In this document: piece by piece, positions 21,251 through 29,258 of the stretch
Position numbering within the stretch: the first letter of the stretch is position 1
How the letters are laid out: every line of letters starts with the position of its first letter
DNA from: Octopus sinensis
Lineage: Eukaryota
Length of the DNA: 29,299 nucleotides
NCBI RefSeq assembly: GCF_006345805.1
Contig: NW_021827542.1
Location: 1-29,299, forward strand
Direction of reading: 5' to 3'
Position numbers and translations under genes: made by a program
The notes under the pieces: generated by a model
Seen by the model: only the letters and a program-made list of their open reading frames with translations
The model's database searches: none
Told to the model about the DNA's origin: nothing

Positions 21251-21654
21251 ATTCAATTTGTCTCTATTCAAAGAGTTTTTAACTCAGTATTTTCGTGCTA
21301 TTATTTGTCTTTATTTGCTTCATGATTCACCATTCCTATAAATAAATAATTTATAGCTTACTGATTTAGAAGTTAACGATTTTACCAGAAATTTTCTGCA
21401 GCAAAAAAAAATTTTAATAATTAAGAAAAGAAAAATTATTATACTTCTTTTTTTTTAAAAATCCATAACTAATTTAATACCTACTTCACTCCCCACCCCT
21501 AAAAATGACTTTCAAGTGCATGAATGCGATTATCAGTTAACTGAACGAACCGCTAAATAATATTGTCGAGATTCGGCAATCCCACTTAGAATGCTTTCCT
21601 TTATTGCTTGTGTGTGTTTTCGCTAGAATTTGTGGCACTCCTTTTTTTATCCAA

Positions 21655-21860
21655 CATGCCAAAAAGAATGAAAGAAAGCTATCCCTGTTGGAAACATCAA
21701 CTAAGAAATTAAGAACCAAAAGTTTAGAAGATAAGTTTGACATTTTAAAACAACACCAATATCTGGAAATATTGTTAAGGAAAAAAACCCATACGCGTGA
21801 GATATTCTTTAAATTCTTAAACTATGTACAGAATTCTGAAGGGAAACGAGAAAGTATTTG
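21655..21860 (+). pseudogene. Possible pogo/Tigger transposase N-terminal remnant
   Basis: STKKLRTKSLEDKFDILK and, in another frame, TPISGNIVKEK resemble CENP-B-type HTH motifs; short and disrupted. Confidence 0.25.
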
Positions 21861-22033
21861 ACTGAAGTTAAGGATATGCACTCCGTCCAGTCTACTGGGT
21901 TACGGACTAAAGAAGATAGCATCATTCCTTGAATCTATCAGTCATCAAACGTAACGATTAAACATTCTTTTTACCAACAATGCCATTTGTGTGAAAACTT
22001 TGTACATTTTTGAAATGTTAAATTACAAAAGAG

Positions 22034-22310
22034 TAGGGCTGCGGAGTCGGAGTCGTGGAGTTGGAAACAATTAAGAGATAGCTGGAGTCAGAGTCGGTAA
22101 AGCTATACCGACTCTGATTCCGACTCACAATGTCTTTATTCTTTAATATAAACCAGTTATAACATATAGGCCGACTCAAAGTACAAGCGTATGCATATAT
22201 TTTATGAGATATGTAGACCACAATCAATTACATAGAGAGGAGTCGGAGTCAGAGGTGCCAATAGTACAGGAGTCAGAGTCGAAGTTTGTTGTTTCGACTC
22301 CACAGCCCTG
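22034..22310. mobile_element. hAT-type MITE (277 bp)
   Basis: TIR TAGGGCTGCGGAGTCG / CGACTCCACAGCCCTG (14/16); 8-bp TSD CAAAAGAG / CAAAAGAA; subterminal GAGTC(G/A) repeats. Confidence 0.85.
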
Positions 22311-22581
22311 CAAAAGAAAAGGTCCCAAAGAAACTGGCGGCGGAGAATTTGGGTGCTATAAGGGGAGAGTAGGTTGGTTTGGTGTACATTAGCAAGGTGA
22401 AGCAACCAGCATAGCTGTAAAATATCCCACCCTACAAAAATCGAAGAAATTATTGAATAGGAAAATTTACATATTTGCACGTGTTTTCAATATGGCTGAC
22501 ACATAACATTTGGTTTTGTATTTGATAATTAAGTATATAACACGTATGTATATGATACATATATAATACAAAACCTTAATA

Positions 22582-22807
22582 TATTTCTTTACTACCCACA
22601 AGGGGCTAAACATAGAGGGGACAAACAAGGACAGACAAAGGGATTAAGTCGATTACATCGACCCCAGTGCGAAACTGGTACTTTATTTATCGACCCCGAA
22701 AGGATGAAAGGTAAAGTCGACCTCGGCAGAATTTGAATTCGGAACGTAGCGGCAGACGAAATACTGCTAAGCATTTCGCCCGGCATGCTAACGTTTCTGC
22801 CAGCTTA
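22582..22807 (-). mobile_element. SINE family B, young, with 14-bp TSD
   Basis: ACAAAACCTTAATA at 22568-22581 and 22808-22821. Confidence 0.93.
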
Positions 22808-23068
22808 ACAAAACCTTAATAAAATACAAATCCAACACTGAAGAAAACAAACATGAGCGAAGGAAGAAGAAAAGGAAAAAGAAGAAGAGAGGAAGTAAAA
22901 GAAAGGAAAAACACCTTTTCACCACCTTGTGCCTCAATTGGTCGCACACCATAAGGTTCAACGGAATCTGCTGAAGCTAGCCAACCCGCTCGTGGCATGA
23001 CCGCGGGCGATGGCGAGGCTAAGGCGTTGCAACGATGACTTTGTATTTGTTTTGCAAAACAAATTTAA

Positions 23069-23289
23069 CCCTTTTGTTACCAACCCGGTTGAAACTGGCT
23101 CTGGCTCTTTAGTACAAATGTCTGGTTTTCAAAAGTTCTGAATTAAAATCTTCCACCAAACCTTAGTCACAATTTATGTCCCTAACACTAGATTGATGAT
23201 AACGATGTTATTTTACTTAATTCTTTGTTATATCTAAAATAATTGGAAGAAACACAGAGCATCTCAAAATAAATACAGTAACGAAAGGG
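23069..23289. mobile_element. piggyBac-type MITE (221 bp)
   Basis: TTAA|CCCTTTTGTTAC ... GTAACGAAAGGG|TTAA (11/12 TIR, TTAA target). Confidence 0.85.
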
Positions 23290-23453
23290 TTAAACTCGCG
23301 AGATCGTAAGTTTTAACCAGGCTAGCTGGAAACTGAGAAAATGTTGTTGTCAAAGGAAAAGAAATTGCAATTCAACAACTTCACTTCATAAAAGAAGTGA
23401 AACATAGACAAACAACAACTGACAAGTATGTTTATAGTTTGTTTTTTTTTAAG

Positions 23454-23775
23454 ATGCAAGCGTGGCTGTCTGGTAAAAGTTTACTTCCAAACCGCATGAT
23501 TCCCGGTTCAGACCCACTGCATGGCACTTTGAGTATGTATCTTCTACCATAGTTCCGGGTCAACCAAAGCCTCGTGAGTGGATTTGGTAGACAGAAACTG
23601 AAAGAAGCCCGTCATGTGTTTGTGCGTGTGTAATATGTGTTTGTAGGGGTTTGTTTTGGTTGCTCCGCCATTGGACACTTGGTTAGTTTACGTTTCCGTA
23701 CCAAGTTTTAAAACTAAGTATTGAAGTCTATTCGTTCGACAAAAACCCTTAACGGGCGCGGTCCAATGACTTGTA
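23454..23775 (+). mobile_element. SINE family A, diverged
   Basis: Head gcgtggctgtctggtaa...cccggttcagaccc, core and degenerate tail. Confidence 0.8.
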
Positions 23776-24028
23776 GAACGACCGTGTGAAAGGAGAGATG
23801 ACGAATGAATGACTCCTTTAATACACCGCACGGTCGCTTACAATAAAAGCAAAAATGGAAAAAGAGTATGAGTGCCAGAAGGAAAAGAAAGACTGTGGTC
23901 AGTGGTAAGACCTTAGAAGGTCTAGAACCAAAGACCAAATACGGTGAATCGCTGAAATTTTATAGCAAATTATAGGCTCAAACAGAGCTTTAGAAAAACT
24001 GTGTCACGGGACCTTATCAGAAGGTTGC

Positions 24029-24096
24029 GATTGGTTGGGTTGCACATTGGCGTGTAATAGAGCAAAATACAAATTGCGCCAATACCAACCAATCAG
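24029..24096. promoter_or_regulatory. Four CCAAT boxes in inverted symmetry; candidate promoter
   Basis: ATTGG at 24030 and 24046, CCAAT at 24079 and 24089; AACCAATCAG fits the NF-Y consensus; CpG-retaining non-repeat context. Confidence 0.5.
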
Positions 24097-24163
24097 AGTA
24101 GTGGACACAACAGGGTCCAAACGGCCGAAGGCAAGCTGTTATCTGCTACGTCCGTATTTATGT

Positions 24164-24170
<7 letters not shown>

Positions 24171-24220
<50 letters not shown>
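24171..24220. repeat. (GA)25 microsatellite
   Basis: Direct reading. Confidence 0.95.
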
Positions 24221-24224
<4 letters not shown>

Positions 24225-24671
24225 CACTAAGAGTACGCTACAGACTGGAAAAACAAAATAAACAAAAAAAAGACCATCAAAGATACAGAACTGCTTTGGA
24301 AATAAAATGTCATCAAGAAGCTACATTGCAGGAGATAAATCGTCAAAGATTTAAAATTTCGCGCAATTTTTGTAGCAATACAAGACGGGGAACTCTTACA
24401 ACTGATCGTTTACTGATGGAGAAATTAAAAGGAACCTAGAACATAAAAAAAATATCATGAGATATGATATCTCCCAATTATATGGAAATCCAGTGAAATG
24501 TTTTGGATTACGGTTCACTTTCTGAAGATTGGTTTTCTCATTATTTATCCACGAGGAAAAAACATTTTAAGAGAAAAAAAAAAGAAGCACTAAACACTAA
24601 AACAACCCTCTTCTGTGTACTTTAAAGTTTGGGTAATGTACCTGGGACTCTAACATCGATGCAATACCGTC

Positions 24672-24780
24672 ATTGAAATATTGGTTTCAAATTTTGGCAC
24701 AAGGCCAGCAATTTTAGAAGGAGGGGTAAGTCGATTACCTCGACTCCAGTACTCATTCGGTACTTATTTTGTCGGCCTTG
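24672..24780 (-). mobile_element. SINE family B, 3' fragment
   Basis: tttcaaattttggcacaaggccagc...gtcgattacctcgactccagtac. Confidence 0.8.
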
Positions 24781-24944
24781 AGCAATTATGATTATTATTG
24801 TTGTTGTTGTTATCATCGTTTTATATGTGCATACATTGAAACATGCATACGTACAAGCATACTTACGTGCACACACACACTGACACACACACAGACGGAC
24901 ACACGCACGCACACACACACACACACATACCACACGTAATATAT

Positions 24945-25181
24945 ATTTCTTTACTACCCACAAGGGGCTAAACACAGAGGAAACAAACAAGGACAGACAA
25001 ACGGATTAAGTCGATTACATCGACCCCAGTGCGTAACTGGTACTTAATTTATCGACCCCGAAAGGATGAAAGGCAAAGTCGACCTCGGCAGAATTTGAAC
25101 TCAGAACGTAACGGCAGACGAAATACGGCTACGCATTTCGCCCGGCGTGTTCACGTTTCTGCCAGCTCGCCGCCTTATGTA
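24945..25181 (-). mobile_element. SINE family B, young full length, 14-bp TSD
   Basis: CACACGTAATATAT at 24931-24944 and 25182-25195; CpGs intact. Confidence 0.95.
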
Positions 25182-25380
25182 CACACGTAATATATTGAGA
25201 GTGAAGGGAGAGAGCTCGTGTACGCCCAAACATACGTTTCAAAAGATAACTGAGCATCGTCTCTTATAGTCAGTCCACCCATGATACAAATCTGATGATA
25301 TCATTTATATCATGCAGATATAGACAAAATAATGGATTCACTACTTTTTAATTAAGCATACTTTTTCTTCTATTGGTAAT

Positions 25381-25766
25381 GGATGGAAGCACTCCGTCGG
25401 TTACGACGACGAGGGTCCGGTTGATCCGAATCAACGGAACAGCCTGCTCGTGAAATTAACGTGTAAGTGGCTGAGGCACTCCACAGACACGTGTACCCTT
25501 AACGCAGTTCTCGGGGATATTCAGCGTGACACAGAGAGTGACAAGGCCGGCCTTTGAAATACAGTACACAGAAACAGGAAGTAAGACTGAGAGAAAGTTG
25601 TGGTGAAAGAGTACAGCAGGGATCACCACCATCCCCTGCCGGAGCCTCGTGGAGCTTTAGGTGTTTTCGCTCAATAAACACTCACAACGCCCGGTCTGGG
25701 AATCGAAACCACGATCCTATGACCGCGAGTTCGCTGCCCTAACCACTGGGCCATTGCGCCTCCACA
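25381..25766 (-). mobile_element. tRNA(Arg)-like-headed SINE (OR-like), tail type 2, 13-bp TSD
   Basis: TTCTATTGGTAAT at 25368-25380 and 25767-25779; head matches 6003-6080. Confidence 0.95.
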
Positions 25767-25889
25767 TTCTATTGGTAATACAACTAATTCAAAACTCTTC
25801 TAGCATGTGTATGCGTTACGTATGTCTTTTATTTCTTGCTACAACCCTCTATTTAATTTAATTTAATTTAATTTTTAGCAGATACTTAT

Positions 25890-26073
25890 AGGTGCAGGTG
25901 AGGCTATGTGATAAGAAGTTTGCTTCCCAACCACATGATTCCGGGTTCAGAACTACTGCGTGGCACTATAGTCTTCTACTATAGCCTCGGGCTGACAAAA
26001 GCCTTATGAGTGGATTTAATAGATGGAAACTGAAAGAAGTCTAATGACTGAAGCAAGTAAAGGATAAAAGATA
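25890..26073 (+). mobile_element. SINE family A with large internal deletion
   Basis: gaaactgaaagaag joined directly to tctaatgactgaagcaagtaaaggataaaag. Confidence 0.85.
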
Positions 26074-26117
26074 GTTAGATAAGTTAAAAATGCACAATCT
26101 ATCTGATTTCCGAGGGT

Positions 26118-26420
26118 CTCTCTCTTCTAACCGCTCAGTCGAAGTCGACTCTCGGTCACTCGTTGGATCAGTGTCCTCCAGTCAGTTCTATCTTGGGCCG
26201 CTTCTTTCAGACTGGCTATGTCCATTCCGGTATCACTCTTGATGGTGTCAAGCCAGCGGGTTCTTGGTTGGCCTCTTCCTCTCTTGCCACTGACCATTCC
26301 GAGTATGATGTCCTTCTCCAGGGATTTTCTCCGCATAATATGACCGAAATATGCCAATCGATGCTTGGTGATCCTAGCTTCTAGCGACATTTTCGGCCTT
26401 ATCTGCTTAAGAACTTCTCC
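26118..26420 (-). mobile_element. 5'-truncated RTE-BovB-like LINE; ORF C-terminus still open (stop at 26127-26129)
   Basis: EVLKQIRPKMSLEARITKHRLAYFGHIMRRKSLEKDIILGMVSGKRGRGQPRTRWLDTIK...AQDRTDWRTLIQRVTESRLRL; short (GA) tail; 10/12 TSD. Confidence 0.9.
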
Positions 26421-26551
26421 ATTTCTGAAGGTAGATTGTTGAAAAGCGGATGACTGGAGCTTCAGAAGCACAATGATACGAGCTTAGCGAAACAATTACG
26501 CATGTTAATTACAACAGTTTCGGTGGGTACTGTCCCTCCCTCCAGACACTA

Positions 26552-27054
26552 TCTCTCTATATATAAACGGCAGTTTGTCTGTGTGTGTTTCTGTGTGTCT
26601 GTCAGGTTGTACCCTCAACCGATTCTGATGAAACCTGACACACATATAGCCCAATGTTAGAATTCAAAACTAACGCAGCGAAAATTTTGAAAAGTTCCCC
26701 GAGTTCTGAAAAAAATTGATAAATTCGACATGGGGTCGAGAATCTGAGCCTTTTATTTGCAACACATTTTCTGTTGTAGTTTTCGCAACTTGCAATCGAT
26801 TTTCACTAAACTCATGGTGAAGCTTAATGTTACCTAAGAAACTGAATTCTGACGTTAGTTTTCCATGCAATACCTTACCATCAGAAAAAATCCATAAAAT
26901 CATGCCTTTTTGGGAAATCGCGTTCAAATTCAAGATGACATATTTTCGACAATATCTTTAACAAATTGGCAGGAATTTTTTAAAAATTCACGGCGAGCAT
27001 CATGTCTGCTCCAGGGCTCTTACATACCCGGGCAATGCCGGGCTATGCTGCTAG
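26552..27054 (+). mobile_element. Non-autonomous Helitron (503 bp)
   Basis: A|TC start (TCTCTCTATATATAAAC), hairpin CCCGGGCAATGCCGGG (27027-27042), CTAG|T end. Confidence 0.85.
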
Positions 27055-27142
27055 TAAATAATAAAAAGAAAAGACAAGAAAATGGAGCCCTGCTAAATTC
27101 CAGTATAATATTCGAATTTAATAGCATTTTATTTGTTTCTAG

Positions 27143-27199
27143 ATTCAGACCCGTTTTAAATGGGAGTGCCATAATGTAAAACCCTAAGTAGCTGAAATG
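27143..27199 (+). other. Candidate 5' UTR exon ending in ATG
   Basis: Acceptor ttttatttgtttctag, donor ATG|gtaacc; stops in all frames before the ATG. Confidence 0.22.
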
Positions 27200-27487
27200 G
27201 TAACCAGAGTTGTATAAGCATATATAAGTATTATACCAACTGTCAGATGACTACCATAAAAAATAAATAAATAAAAAAGGAGAAAAAAGAGTCCCTACGT
27301 TGTCGATTCCTTTGCTAGAAATAGCAATCATATTTTTTCCAAATCCCACAAACTGTTTTTAAACAAGAAAAACAAGAATGAAATGGCCACGTTTGGAATC
27401 TTTTTGATCATATGGCTGCTTGATCAAAGAGTTGGGTTGGCCTTAAAAGATTGTCAGTTACGGTCAATCGCTTTTATTTTTATCCAG

Positions 27488-27540
27488 GAGTGCACTTATA
27501 TTTTGAAAAGTAGTTACCAAGACTGCTTTAAATGTTTATT
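27488..27540 (+). other. Candidate coding exon (ECTYILKSSYQDCFKCL)
   Basis: Acceptor gcttttattttatccag, donor gtaagt, open in phase 0; no homology recognised. Confidence 0.28.
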
Positions 27541-27560
27541 GTAAGTTGACGACAATCTTT

Positions 27561-27720
27561 ACCTTTTTCTTTTACTTGTTTCAGTCATTAGACTGAAGCT
27601 ATGCTGAGGCATCATTTTGAAGAGCTTTTTAGTCGAAAGAACCGACCCTAGTATTTTTTGAAGCCTGGTACTTATTCTATCGGTCTCTATTGTTACGCAC
27701 CTATGAAACGTTTAGCAGTA
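27561..27720 (-). mobile_element. SINE family A, 3' fragment
   Basis: tttacttgtttcagtcatt...ggtacttattctatcggtctc. Confidence 0.85.
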
Positions 27721-27856
27721 TAAGGTGACTCGTCTGACATAAATGGTCGGAGGCACACAACCTCTCTACAACTGGAGAGAGGAAAACATCAGTTAGACAT
27801 GGTCTGGGCCAACACTGACCAAAACCTTTCTAAGTTATATATATATATATATATAC

Positions 27857-28260
27857 TCAAAATAAGCAACAAGAATGACACCGGTAATTTGGTACGATCG
27901 TTTCGTACTACATCATTTTATTAAATGTTGTAAGTATTGCAACAGTTTTAAAATGCTGAGCACTCATCAGCCAATTATAATTGTTGCTTATTTCGATTAT
28001 AATCACCCCACGGATCTTTATGGATAACATTATACAGAATTCTGGTGCATCTAAATTAAGTACCATATTCATTTGAATCTAAATTTTTGCTGAACTTATA
28101 TATATATATTCGTTATTTTTCTTCTTTTTGCCTATGTGAGTTACAAATATTGTTATCTGTGGAGTAATATCTGTAGTAAGAAGGAATGAGCTGTCTTTGG
28201 CTGCTATTTCTAAATTTTCGGTATGTGGTGAAGCAACTTGTTGCTTAACCCTTAATTATA
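27857..28260. mobile_element. Probable Penelope-like element remnant with inverted terminal segment
   Basis: Minus-strand hammerhead between inverted 16-mers; 28113-28260 is homologous to 13745-13900; both ends abut (TA)n. Confidence 0.55.
27885..27977 (-). ncRNA. Type-I hammerhead ribozyme, intact core, extended stem II
   Basis: UAAUUGG-CUGAUGA-GUGCU...AGUAC-GAAAC-GAUC-GUA-CCAAAUUA; all three stems pair; predicted cleavage between 27893 and 27892. Confidence 0.85.
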
Positions 28261-28287
28261 TATATATATATATATATATATTTACAC

Positions 28288-28374
28288 GTGCACACACACA
28301 CACACACACACACGCACGCACGCACGCACGCACGCACACGCGCGCGCACACACACACACACACAGACACACACA

Positions 28375-28407
<33 letters not shown>
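28288..28407. repeat. (CA)/(CACG)n microsatellite
   Basis: Direct reading. Confidence 0.95.
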
Positions 28408-28410
<3 letters not shown>

Positions 28411-28748
28411 ATATTGTGAGCTTGTCACGGGTAAAGAAAATTCTCGCTTTTGACAAAGAGGCATAAAACACCATAGCCCAAATAATGTATGCATTTCGAA
28501 CTCTTCGCCGCTGCCGCCGCCACATTCGCCCCTCCTCTTCCTTCTTTCCACTATGATCATTATACGCACTCTTTCGCTCTGGAATAAATCAGTAGTGTTT
28601 AGGGATGGGCTGCTGCGGGTTTTAAATTACCAAGAAATATGATATATTTGGGCGACGACGGCAGCCCTACGTCTCCTTCAGGAGCTAAGGGCATCATACA
28701 CATGGTATATATATATATATATATATACACATACACGCACATACACAC

Positions 28749-28785
<37 letters not shown>

Positions 28786-28808
28786 TGCGCACACACATAC
28801 ACACACAT

Positions 28809-28927
28809 CTTTTATCTTTTACTTGCTTCAGTCATTTGATTGCAGCCATGCTGGGACACCGCCTTGAAGAGTTTTAGACTGAACCCGAAACCATGTAGTT
28901 GGGAAGCAAACTTCTTACCACACAGTC
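28809..28927 (-). mobile_element. SINE family A with large internal deletion (head fused to tail)
   Basis: Tail ...ccgccttgaagagttttag joined to actgaacccgaaaccatg head. Confidence 0.8.
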
Positions 28928-28964
28928 AAATATATATGTGTGTGTATGTATATATATATATATA

Positions 28965-29258
28965 TCACCTGATCCCGTGACCGACCAGACCATCAGACGT
29001 TGTTACACATCGCTGGTCACAATGCGTTTGCATTGTTTTAGCCTTCGAATGACGCCACCCCGCTGGCTAAGCGAGCAGGCCAACAGAAGAAAGAGTGGGA
29101 GAAAGAGTGGTGAAACAGTACAGCAGGGATCACCACCCCCTGCCGGATCGTGGAGCTTTTAGGTGTTTTTCGCTCAATAACACTCACAGCGCCCGGTCTG
29201 GGAATCGAAACCGCGATCCTACGACCGCGAGTCCGCTGCCTAACCACTGGCCATTGCC
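28965..29258 (-). mobile_element. tRNA(Arg)-like-headed SINE (OR-like), tail type 1
   Basis: Reverse complement aligns along its length with 6003-6311; flanked by (AT)n. Confidence 0.92.

Noticed and set aside
22965-23035. HDV-like ribozyme suggested by GGCTAAGG
   Set aside because: Could not build P1, P3 and P1.1 of the double pseudoknot.
26620-26640. CTGATGAAAC in the Helitron body
   Set aside because: No room for stem II between core halves; not a hammerhead.
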